A program made the translations under genes and the position numbers. A stretch of DNA of 39,434 bases from assembly GCA_028278255.1 (NCBI GenBank), contig JANQER010000241.1, positions 1-39,434 of the forward strand. Direction: 5' to 3'. The notes under the pieces are model-generated. The model ran no database searches, had not been told where the DNA came from, and saw nothing but the letters and a program-made list of their open reading frames with translations. The stretch comes from Elusimicrobiota bacterium (lineage in GTDB: Bacteria > Elusimicrobiota > Elusimicrobia > FEN-1173). This document shows positions 1 to 7,865 of this stretch, in pieces (within the stretch, counting starts at the first letter, position 1; the number at the start of each line of letters is the position of its first letter).

Positions 1-339
1 GTCCAAAGCGGATTTCACACGCGCCATGTCCAGCACCGGAATACCTTCTGTGATACACACAATCAAAGACACCCCGGCAGAGGCTGCTTCCAGAATAGCA
101 TCTGCGGCAAAAGGAGGCGTCACAAAAATCACACTGGCTCTGGCATCTGTTTCCACCACAGCCTCACGCATGGTGTTAAAAACCAGAACACCATCCACAT
201 AAGAACCGCCTTTCCCAGGGGTCACGCCAGCCACAATCTGCGTGCCATACTCCCGGCAAGCCCGCGTATGAAACGACCCGGCAGATCCTGTGATCCCTTG
301 CACAATGACTTTTGTATGTTGATTCACGAGAATACTCAT
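1..339 (-). CDS. sucD: succinyl-CoA ligase alpha subunit, N-terminal 113 codons only (gene runs off the left window edge)
   Basis: Reverse strand, ATG at 339-337. The translation [45 protein letters not shown]...[15 protein letters not shown]...[11 protein letters not shown] is the CoA-binding N-terminal half of SucD. The frame is open to position 1. It is missing from the ORF track because it is truncated; track ORF 176..358 is a different, spurious frame. Confidence 0.9.
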   Translation of the reverse strand, partial: MSILVNQHTKVIVQGITGSAGSFHTRACREYGTQIVAGVTPGKGGSYVDGVLVFNTMREAVVETDARASVIFVTPPFAADAILEAASAGVSLIVCITEGIPVLDMARVKSALD

Positions 340-386
340 ATAGATAGTTATACCTCAAATAACCAAATAATCGTAACTACTCATGT

Positions 387-496
387 AACCACGGATGAAC
401 ACGGATAAACACGGTAAAAACGAAAATATTATGGTTTTTTTTAAGTTAAAATATTTGTAAATGTTTTACCGTGTTGATCCGTGTTGATCCGTGGTT
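387..496. repeat. long inverted repeat (33-nt arms) in the sucC-sucD spacer
   Basis: AACCACGGATGAACACGGATAAACACGGTAAAA (387-419) and TTTTACCGTGTTGATCCGTGTTGATCCGTGGTT (464-496) are reverse complements at 31 of 33 positions. They are separated by a 44-nt A/T-rich loop. Each arm is an 11-nt tandem (ACACGGATnAA). Confidence 0.85.
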
Positions 497-604
497 CCAA
501 TGTATTTTTTTGTAGACCTGAGTAGTCACAAATAATCACCAAATAACCAAGAGACAATCACCAATTTCGGATACGACGTCTCACCATGCTGCCAATGATG
601 AATT

Positions 605-1813
605 TTATCTCTTTTCTTTGGATTTTTTTGCCAAGGACACGGCCTTTTTGGCGCCGTCGGCAAAATCCTTGGCTGTCACAATTTTCAGCCCGGATTCAGA
701 TAAAAGGCGGCGGCCTGACTCCGCTTGATTTCCGGCCAAACGCACCACCAAAGGCCTGCCCAACTTTGTTGTTTTCACGGTTTTTAGCAGGCCTTTGGCA
801 ATCACATCGCATCTCATTATACCGCCGAAAATATTCACAAAAATGGCTTTTACTTTCTTATCTGACAAAATAATCTGAAAAGCCTTGGCCACCTGCGACT
901 CATTGGCGCCGCCGCCCACATCCAAAAAATTGGCAGGCTCTCCCCCGTACAGTTTGATAATATCCATGGTGGCCATGGCCAAACCCGCGCCATTCACCAA
1001 GCACCCGATATTGCCATTTAATCCCACATACGACACCCCTGCCTGATTGGCCTTGCGTTCAGCCACGGAAAGATCTGTTGTGTCCTCTTCAGCAAATAAA
1101 TCAGGATGCCTAAAACGCGCATTGTCATCCAGGCTCATCTTCACGTCCACAGCAAGCAATTGTTTGGACCGTCCCTGCGCACGCTTAGTCAAAGGATTTC
1201 GCACAACAGCCAAAGGATTCACTTCCACCAAATTCGCATCCAATGACAAAAATATTTTCACAAGCGTTTTAAAAAATTGGACCGCCTGTAAAAACAGATC
1301 TCCCTTTAATCCAACAGCAGAAGCGGCTTCTCTGGCCTGAAAATCCTCCAGCCCTCTGACCACATCAATCTCCACACGCCTGATTTTTTGTGACGATGCG
1401 CCGGCCAGAGATTCAATATCCATTCCACCCTCAGCCGACACCATGAGCACAGGTTTGGCTGAATGCCTGTCCATCACAACCGCTGCATACAGTTCACGGT
1501 CTATGTCCGCAGCAGGCTGAATCAAAATTTTCCGCACCACCAGCCCGTGCGGACCTGTTTGAGGCGTCACCAGGTTTTTGCCCAAAATCCTTTTCACAAA
1601 CGCCTCAGCCTCTTTGGCTGTTTTCACGATTTCAATTCCGCCTGCTTTGCCTCGGCCGCCGGCATGGATCTGGGCTTTCATGACCCAAGGCCCCTTGCCC
1701 AATGTCCGCAAGAGACCAGCAGTTTGACACGGATCATCCAGCACTGCTCTTTTCAAAAGAGGAATCCCAAAACGGGCCAATTGATCCTTGGCTTGATATT
1801 CATGTAATTTCAT
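605..1813 (-). CDS. sucC: succinyl-CoA ligase beta subunit (ATP-grasp)
   Basis: Track ORF 605..1840. The conserved N-terminus MKLHEYQAKDQLARFGIP begins at the internal ATG 1813. Family motifs KAQIHAGGRGKAGG, GCLVNGAGLAMATMD and NIFGGIMRCD are present. It lies upstream of sucD on the same strand. Confidence 0.93.
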   Translation of the reverse strand: MKLHEYQAKDQLARFGIPLLKRAVLDDPCQTAGLLRTLGKGPWVMKAQIHAGGRGKAGGIEIVKTAKEAEAFVKRILGKNLVTPQTGPHGLVVRKILIQPAADIDRELYAAVVMDRHSAKPVLMVSAEGGMDIESLAGASSQKIRRVEIDVVRGLEDFQAREAASAVGLKGDLFLQAVQFFKTLVKIFLSLDANLVEVNPLAVVRNPLTKRAQGRSKQLLAVDVKMSLDDNARFRHPDLFAEEDTTDLSVAERKANQAGVSYVGLNGNIGCLVNGAGLAMATMDIIKLYGGEPANFLDVGGGANESQVAKAFQIILSDKKVKAIFVNIFGGIMRCDVIAKGLLKTVKTTKLGRPLVVRLAGNQAESGRRLLSESGLKIVTAKDFADGAKKAVSLAKKSKEKR

Positions 1814-2010
1814 GAAACGGTCCTTTTTAAAAATTCTCAAATAATCATACCAAAAAGGGAACCGTTTGTTCCGTTCAAAATAAATTCATAAACCCTCGAA
1901 AAACAGACTTTAATAAGTTATCATTATTTAAGCGTCCCACAGTCTCATATTCCGGAGGATAATCCGATATGCGCGTTCTATAAAAATTCCTCCGCTTTTA
2001 AGGATTTTCT

Positions 2011-2487
2011 ATGTCTTCACAAAACATCGAACAACATCTGCAAGAAAAAAAAATATCCGAAATTATTAACCCCAAACTGCTCCAGGTCCCGCCGGATGTT
2101 TCTGTCAAAAGAGCTGTTGAATACATGCAGGAAAACAAATCCGCTTATGTGATTGTGTCAGACAACAACAAAGCCCTTGGCATTTTTACACAAGCGGATG
2201 CTGTACAAACGCTCTTTCAAAGTGACTTTGACTGGAAACGTCCCATACGGGACATCATGACAAAAGACCCGGTGAGTCTCAGTCCCAATGACTCAGTGAT
2301 GCGGGCCATAGACATCATGGCAGAACACAGCTCCTACTATATCCCTCTGATCAATGAAAAGCAGGAACTCGTGGGCATCTTAAGCGTCAGGACCCTGATC
2401 CGCGCCTTAGCAGAATTTTATCCGGCAGAAGTATACAATCTGCCTCCGGACCCGCACCAAGTCATGCCAACGCCGGAAGGAGGATGA
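2011..2487 (+). CDS. CBS-domain pair protein
   Basis: 158 aa with two CBS-like repeats (AVEYMQENKSAYVIVSDNNKALGIFT and AIDIMAEHSSYYIPLINEKQELVGILS). No other recognisable domain. Confidence 0.75.
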   Translation: MSSQNIEQHLQEKKISEIINPKLLQVPPDVSVKRAVEYMQENKSAYVIVSDNNKALGIFTQADAVQTLFQSDFDWKRPIRDIMTKDPVSLSPNDSVMRAIDIMAEHSSYYIPLINEKQELVGILSVRTLIRALAEFYPAEVYNLPPDPHQVMPTPEGG

Positions 2488-2490
2488 ACG

Positions 2491-2565
2491 GATTTTTGAT
2501 TTTTGATTTGCGATTTTCGATTAAAAAAACAAATCAAAAATCGGCAATCTAAAATCAAAAATCAA
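2491..2565. repeat. imperfect inverted repeat built from GATTTTT-type units
   Basis: GATTTTTGATTTTTGATTTGCGATTTTCGATT ... AAATCAAAAATCGGCAATCTAAAATCAAAAATC lies between the CBS gene stop and the korA start. The same motif family recurs at 29671-29795 and 31491-31517. It also occurs in frame inside the giant ORF (about 16290-16304 and 16719-16733, peptide IKNQK). Confidence 0.8.
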
Positions 2566-2569
2566 TTCT

Positions 2570-4408
2570 ATGTCTACCCATCCTCAAAAAATTCTTTCAT
2601 CCAGCACCATACTGTTTGCCGGAGATTCCGGCGACGGCATGCAATTGGCCGGAGATCAATTCACTGACACCACAGGCGTCATGGGGAATGATTTTGCCAC
2701 TTTCCCCAATTTCCCGGCTGAAATCCGCGCGCCTTTGGGCACACTGCCGGGTGTCAGCAGTTTTCAAATACAATTCTCAGACACCAACATATACACACAC
2801 GGCGATATGGCAGATGTGCTGGTGGCCATTAACCCGGCAGCGCTCAAAGTCAATCTCAACAAAGTCAAACCAGGCGGGCTTATTGTCCTCAATGAAAACG
2901 CATTCAATGAAACAGATTACAAACGCGCAGCCTGGGCCTCAGACCCTCTCACAGACGGCACGCTCAATGATTTCCAAGTCCTTAAAGTGCCTGTTACAGA
3001 CCTGACCAAAAATGCGCTCAAAGACATTCCGCTTAAAATCTCTGAGATTGAACGCTGCAAAAATTTCTTTGTTTTGGGCATGATGTTCTGGCTTTATGCC
3101 AGGAATTTCGATCACACCATTGATTGGATACAAACCAAATTTGCTGCGCGTCCGGAAATTGTCAATGCCAATATTGCAGCGCTTAAGGCCGGACATAACT
3201 ACGCTGAAACCACAGAAACCATTGTGCCCGCACAAACCCATATCCACAAAGCCAAAATGGACCCCGGCACATACAGAAAAATTTCAGGGAACAATGCACT
3301 GGCCATTGGCCTGATCACAGCTGCGCATTTATCTGAGAAAACCCTTTTCTACGCCTCCTATCCCATCACGCCTGCGAGTGAAATTCTGCACGAACTCTCT
3401 GAGCACAAGGAATTCAAAGTCAAAACCTTCCAAGCTGAAGATGAAATAGCCGCCATGGCCGCAGCCATTGGCGCTGCTTTTGGAGGAGAACTCAGTGCCA
3501 CAAGCACCAGCGGACCAGGCATGTGTTTAAAATCAGAAGGACTCAACCTGGCGGTCATGACAGAATTGCCTATTGTCATCGTTGATGTGCAGCGTGCCGG
3601 TCCCAGCACTGGCATGCCCACCAAGATTGAACAAGCCGACTTATTGCAAGCCATGTACGGCCGCAACGGCGAATCCCCAGTAGCGGTATTGGCGCCCAAA
3701 ACACCATCTGACTGCTTTGACATGGCTTTGGAAGCTGTGCGCTTGTCTGTGAAATACATGTCACCGGTGATCTTGCTCTCAGACGCTTATCTGGCGAACA
3801 GCTCTGAGCCATGGAAACTTCCTGACACAGACAAGCTCCCCAAAATCAAGTTGACTCATCCCACAGCTGGAAAAAATCCTTTTCTCCCTTATGCGCGTGA
3901 CCCCAAAACATTGGCCCGCGCCTGGGCCAAGCCAGGCACCCCTGGCTTGGAGCACCGCATTGGCGGGCTCAGCAAAGCGGATTTAACAGGCAATGTCAGT
4001 TATGACCCTGACAACCATGAAAAAATGATTCGATTCAGAGCGGAAAAAATTCAGCTCATGTCCAATGATATCCCCTTGCTCAAAGTCCGCGGTCCAGAAT
4101 CCGGCAAACTTCTTGTTTTGGGATGGGGCAGCACTTACGGGGTAATCCATCAGGCTGTTTCGGAAATCACAGAAGAAGGCCATAAAATTTCTCAAGCGCA
4201 TTTAAACTATCTCAACCCTTTTCCCAAAAACCTCCAAGACATTCTTAAAAATTTCAAAACCATACTCATTCCTGAGCTCAACACAGGCCATCTCAATGTC
4301 CTGATCAAGAACCGATTTCCCGAAACAAAAACAGAGGGGTATAACCGTATGCGCGGGGTTCCTTTTCAAACCATGGAGCTTAAGCAAAAAATAAAAGAAA
4401 TGCTATAA
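2570..4408 (+). CDS. korA: 2-oxoglutarate/2-oxoacid:ferredoxin oxidoreductase, alpha subunit (fused gamma-alpha type)
   Basis: 612 aa. The N-terminus GDSGDGMQLAGDQFT..FPNFPAEIRAP is followed by the alpha-type domain (SYPITPASEILHEL, TSTSGPGMCLKSEG, VDVQRAGPSTGMPT). It is followed by the TPP-binding beta subunit. Confidence 0.88.
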   Translation: MSTHPQKILSSSTILFAGDSGDGMQLAGDQFTDTTGVMGNDFATFPNFPAEIRAPLGTLPGVSSFQIQFSDTNIYTHGDMADVLVAINPAALKVNLNKVKPGGLIVLNENAFNETDYKRAAWASDPLTDGTLNDFQVLKVPVTDLTKNALKDIPLKISEIERCKNFFVLGMMFWLYARNFDHTIDWIQTKFAARPEIVNANIAALKAGHNYAETTETIVPAQTHIHKAKMDPGTYRKISGNNALAIGLITAAHLSEKTLFYASYPITPASEILHELSEHKEFKVKTFQAEDEIAAMAAAIGAAFGGELSATSTSGPGMCLKSEGLNLAVMTELPIVIVDVQRAGPSTGMPTKIEQADLLQAMYGRNGESPVAVLAPKTPSDCFDMALEAVRLSVKYMSPVILLSDAYLANSSEPWKLPDTDKLPKIKLTHPTAGKNPFLPYARDPKTLARAWAKPGTPGLEHRIGGLSKADLTGNVSYDPDNHEKMIRFRAEKIQLMSNDIPLLKVRGPESGKLLVLGWGSTYGVIHQAVSEITEEGHKISQAHLNYLNPFPKNLQDILKNFKTILIPELNTGHLNVLIKNRFPETKTEGYNRMRGVPFQTMELKQKIKEML

Positions 4409-4567
4409 GGGAGCAAAGAGCAAAGGGCATAGAGCAAAGAGAAATTCATGGTCGTAAGGAAGGGATGCCCATCCCGATCAGATGAAAGAAAAATTATAGG
4501 GGCGGGCCTTGTGCAGGCCTCTGCATCTGCCGAGGGGAAGGGGCAGATGTCCGCCTAAGGAACAAAA

Positions 4568-5617
4568 ATGTCTTCAAACGAAGAAAAACCAATACCGCCT
4601 GTACCGGACGCACAGCCTCTTTATACCAGGACGGATTTTGTCTCCGGGCAAGAAGTTCGCTGGTGTCCGGGATGCGGCAATTATTCCATCCTGGGCGCGG
4701 TTCAGCAAACCTTGGCCAAATTCAATACCCCCAAAGAAAATTATGTGTTTGTCTCCGGCATAGGATGTTCCAGCCGGTTTCCTTATTACATGAACACATA
4801 CGGGTTTCACACCATACACGGGCGCGCCCCAGCCGTGGCCACTGGCCTGTGCTGTGTGAACCCGCATTTATCCATCTGGGTCATTACAGGCGACGGCGAT
4901 GGGCTCAGCATTGGCAGCAATCATCTTGTTCATGCCATGCGGCGCAATTTGGACATCAACATACTCTTCATCAACAACCAAATATACGGCCTCACAAAAG
5001 GCCAATACTCGCCCACTTCTTTGCAGGGGAAAATCACTAAGTCATCTCCATACGGTTCTCTGGACCACCCCATTAATCCCCTTTGCATTGCCATAGCCTC
5101 TGAAGCCACTTTTATTGCCAGAACACTGGATTCTGATCCCCGCCACATGAGCCAAATACTGGCCCGCGCCAAAGAACACAAAGGCACCTCTTTCATAGAA
5201 ATCTTTCAAAACTGCATCATCTTCAATGACAAAACCTTTGCCCCTGTCACAAGCCGGGAAACGCGTGACGACAGAATGATCTATCTGGAGCACGGCAAAC
5301 CCCTGATCTTTGGCGCCAAAAAGAACAAAACCATTAAAGTCAAAAACCTGCATCCTGAAATTGTGGATTATGATCCGGCCGCAGACCCGGCCGGGTATTT
5401 CATTCATGACGAAAAAGATGTGTGGCCGCACCATCCCTATTTTCTCACACAACTCACATATCCGGATTTCCCTATGCCATTCGGCGTGTTTCGCTGTGTT
5501 CAGACTTCCACATACGATCAGCTCATGGACAAGCAGATTGCAGACGTCAAAGACAAAAGAGGAGATGGAAATCTAAAGGATTTGATATATGGGAAAGAAA
5601 CGTGGAAGATAGAATAA
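4568..5617 (+). CDS. korB: 2-oxoglutarate/2-oxoacid:ferredoxin oxidoreductase, beta (TPP-binding) subunit
   Basis: 349 aa with WCPGCGNYSIL, GIGCSSRFPYY and the TPP motif ITGDGDGLSIGSNHLVHAMRRNLDINILFINNQIYGLTKGQ. AAGGA lies 6 nt upstream of the ATG. Confidence 0.9.
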   Translation: MSSNEEKPIPPVPDAQPLYTRTDFVSGQEVRWCPGCGNYSILGAVQQTLAKFNTPKENYVFVSGIGCSSRFPYYMNTYGFHTIHGRAPAVATGLCCVNPHLSIWVITGDGDGLSIGSNHLVHAMRRNLDINILFINNQIYGLTKGQYSPTSLQGKITKSSPYGSLDHPINPLCIAIASEATFIARTLDSDPRHMSQILARAKEHKGTSFIEIFQNCIIFNDKTFAPVTSRETRDDRMIYLEHGKPLIFGAKKNKTIKVKNLHPEIVDYDPAADPAGYFIHDEKDVWPHHPYFLTQLTYPDFPMPFGVFRCVQTSTYDQLMDKQIADVKDKRGDGNLKDLIYGKETWKIE

Positions 5618-5620
5618 ACA

Positions 5621-5720
5621 GGACGGGCTTGCCCGTCCTATTGACGAAATTGGCGCCCTTCGGGCGCGAAATTGGCTGGCTTAGCCAGCGAAATAGGTCC
5701 ACCTTCAGTGGACGAAATTT
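5621..5720 (+). repeat. REP/BIME-like array of short hairpins separated by conserved CGAAAT(T/A)G spacers
   Basis: GGACGGGCTTGCCCGTCC is followed by G-GCGCCC-TTC-GGGCGC-G AAATT, G-GCTGGC-TTA-GCCAGC-G AAATA and G-GTCCAC-CTTCA-GTGGAC-G AAATTT. The stems differ in sequence but keep 6-bp complementarity. The same family occurs in inverse orientation at 31529-31599 and 37754-37846. Confidence 0.85.
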
Positions 5721-5768
5721 GAAAACCTAGGCAGTAAAACATTTGAAAAATTTCTGGAGGAAATTTTT

Positions 5769-6299
5769 ATGAACATCAAATGCCCGTCTTGTGGTTTTGA
5801 AAGCATTGAAGGTGAAGACCGGTGCCAGCAATGTTTGCATTCGCTCATGCAAAGAGATATCCCGCGCCCCAAAAAGGACGACAACATCCAGCATGCCATA
5901 CTCACGGCGCCTGTGTCAGACCTTCTCACAGGACATGACCTTCTGGTGTGCAGTCCCACAGATCCCCTGAACAAAATTGTCAAAATATTCAAAAAAGACA
6001 ATAAAAACTGCGTCCTGGTTTATCAAAAGAAAAAATTAGTGGGCATTCTCAGCAACAGGGACCTCCTGCTGAAACTGGCAGGAAAAGACCAAGACCTCTC
6101 CAAACTCAAAGTGGAAGACATCATGACCAAAGACCCTGGCTGCGTCAAGCCGGAAGACCCCATTGCTTATGCCATCAACAAAATGGCATTGGGCCGGTAC
6201 CGCCACGTCCCGGTCCTCCGGGACGACGGCACCCCGGTCAGCATCCTGGTCATCAAAGATGTGCTCCAACACCTTTCCAAGCGAATAAAAAGCAAATAA
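5769..6299 (+). CDS. zinc-ribbon plus CBS-pair protein
   Basis: 176 aa. The N-terminus carries CPSCGFESIEGEDRCQQC (a four-Cys ribbon). Two CBS repeats follow (KIVKIFKKDNKNCVLVYQKKKLVGILSNRD and AINKMALGRYRHVPVLRDDGTPVSILVIKD). Confidence 0.75.
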   Translation: MNIKCPSCGFESIEGEDRCQQCLHSLMQRDIPRPKKDDNIQHAILTAPVSDLLTGHDLLVCSPTDPLNKIVKIFKKDNKNCVLVYQKKKLVGILSNRDLLLKLAGKDQDLSKLKVEDIMTKDPGCVKPEDPIAYAINKMALGRYRHVPVLRDDGTPVSILVIKDVLQHLSKRIKSK

Positions 6300-6318
6300 A
6301 AAAGAAGACAACATCCTC

Positions 6319-6353
6319 TTGACAAAACATATATATATGACTATAATAGTCAT
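6319..6353 (+). promoter_or_regulatory. consensus sigma-70-type promoter with overlapping palindromic operator upstream of the antitoxin gene
   Basis: TTGACA (6319-6324), a 17-nt spacer, then TATAAT (6342-6347). The perfect 17-bp palindrome ATGACTATAATAGTCAT (6337-6353) overlaps the -10 box. GGAGG lies 9 nt before the ATG at 6382. Confidence 0.65.
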
Positions 6354-6381
6354 ATACAATAAGTCATGGAGGTCATAAATA

Positions 6382-6672
6382 ATGAACGCTGCTATTTACC
6401 AGCTCAAAGCCTCTCTCAGCGAATATTTGGCCCATGTCAAACACGGGGAAGAACTCATTATCACAGAACGAGGCAAACCAGTGGCTGTTATCAGCCCTCT
6501 CAAAAGGGAGGCATCACACACAACCGCGCATCTCATGGAACTTGAACGCGCCGGGCTCATAAAAACGGCTTCTTCACCTCTCACATCAGAATTCTGGCAC
6601 CTGACCCGGCCAAAAGATTTGTCCGATAAAGCCCAAAAATATCTCATGGATGAAAGGAGCGAAGACCGGTGA
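6382..6672 (+). CDS. type II antitoxin, Phd/YefM family
   Basis: 96 aa. MNAAIYQLKASLSEYLAHVKHGEELIITERGKPVAVISPL is the typical Phd/YefM N-terminal fold. Its stop overlaps the toxin start (GTGA at 6669-6672). Confidence 0.8.
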   Translation: MNAAIYQLKASLSEYLAHVKHGEELIITERGKPVAVISPLKREASHTTAHLMELERAGLIKTASSPLTSEFWHLTRPKDLSDKAQKYLMDERSEDR

Positions 6673-7100
6673 AGTTTTGGGATGCTTCTGCTATATTGCC
6701 CTTATGCTTACAAGAATCCCATTCAATGGCCATGAAAGAAATCATTGAAGATGACCGGCAGATTGTGATTTGGTGGGGAACACCTATTGAATGTTCATCA
6801 GCCTTTGCCAGACTCAGACGTGAAAAAATTCTTTCAGAAATTGAAGAAGAAAGATCCAGAGACATCCTCAAGATGCTCTTGCAGGCATGCCATGAAATAC
6901 AACCCACTGACAATATCCGAAAAAAAGCCGAGAGAATCCTTCGCCTTCACCCATTAAGATCAGCGGATTCTCTTCAACTCGCTGCTGCCCTGGTCTGGGC
7001 TCAAGACCAGCCAGACGATCATGATTTCGTCTGCCTGGACAAACGCCTCATTCATGCGGCGCATCTTGAAGGCTTTCATATTCTGCCCCATTCAACCTAA
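6669..7100 (+). CDS. vapC: PIN-domain ribonuclease toxin (VapC family)
   Basis: 143 aa with a GTG start overlapping the antitoxin stop. The N-terminal acidic residue sits in FWDASAILPL. A later LRSADSLQLAAAL motif is typical of PIN domains. Confidence 0.82.
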   Translation: MKFWDASAILPLCLQESHSMAMKEIIEDDRQIVIWWGTPIECSSAFARLRREKILSEIEEERSRDILKMLLQACHEIQPTDNIRKKAERILRLHPLRSADSLQLAAALVWAQDQPDDHDFVCLDKRLIHAAHLEGFHILPHST

Positions 7101-7112
7101 AACCAATGCAGT

Positions 7113-7838
7113 TTAGGCCAAAGAATTGATTTCACAAAGACCACGGGCCTCAATGCGGGGTGAAATGGGAAACGTTTTATCGCCTGGATAAATAATGGTG
7201 AGATGATTCAAAGACAGATCCTCTAACGCTGTGTTCATGGATTTGGTAACTCGGGGTTTATCCGTATACTTGAATTCGTATCCGAAACGTTTTCCATCTT
7301 TCATAATAAGAAGATCCAATTCCGCTTGATTATGGGTCCCCCAGAAAAATGTCTCATCAGGCGTTGCCCTATGTGCGCGAATCACTTCTTCAAGGGCAAA
7401 ACCTTCCCAGGAAGCTCCTATTTTAGGGTGATGCAGCAGATCATCTTCCGAGGTTATCCCAAGAAGATTGTGAAGTATCCCCGAATCACGAATATACATT
7501 TTCGGTGACTTAACCTGCCGTTTGCCGATATTTTCGATCCAGGGACGCAATTCCCGCACCATAAATGTCCCGATAAGAATATCAATGTATTTTCTTACGG
7601 TGGTATGGGCCATCCCCAGAGAACGACCAAGCTCAGCAGTGTTCATGATTTGTCCATGATAATGACAAAGCATCATCCAAAAACGTCTCAACATCTCAGT
7701 CGGCACCTGAATCCCCAGGGATGGGATGTCCCTTTCAAGATAGGTTGAAATATATGATTTTCGCCACACATACCCGGTCTTTTCCGTATCAGCAAGGAAT
7801 GAAAGAGGAAAACCTCCTTCCTCTTCATCCCAAATTTT
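7113..7838 (-). pseudogene. 5'-truncated remnant of an AAA+ ATPase with a DUF4143 domain (COG1373-like); the ATPase half is missing
   Basis: Track ORF 7113..7769 (GTG start) reads WRKSYISTYLERDIP...TAELGRSLGMAHTTVRKYIDIL...VKSPKMYIRDSGILHNLLG. This is the winged-helix/DUF4143 C-terminal half. In the same frame, family-like sequence (WDEEEGGFPLSFLADTEKTGYV) continues upstream to a TGA at 7839-7841 with no start codon. No Walker A region exists, because the giant ORF ends at 7866. Confidence 0.65.
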
Positions 7839-7865
7839 TCATTCGAGAAATTCGGGCTAAAAGTA

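Noticed and set aside
176-358. 60-aa ORF-track entry at the left edge
   Set aside because: It is in the wrong frame. The SucD-homologous frame starts at ATG 339 and runs off the window.
586-1807. Plus-strand ORFs (586..873, 1047..1340, 1463..1807) opposite sucC
   Set aside because: They are antisense shadows of a gene with clear SucC motifs, and they have no motifs or start context of their own.
5621-5720. Mini-CRISPR-like organisation (constant segment alternating with variable segment)
   Set aside because: The constant part is only 8-9 nt and the variable part is a self-complementary hairpin of 15-20 nt. This fits REP/BIME-type palindromic arrays, not repeat-spacer arrays.
5422-5730. 102-aa plus-strand ORF spanning the korB 3' end and the hairpin array
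   Set aside because: It is out of frame with korB. Its tail (KLAPFGREIGWLSQRNRSTFSG) is simply the repeat array translated.
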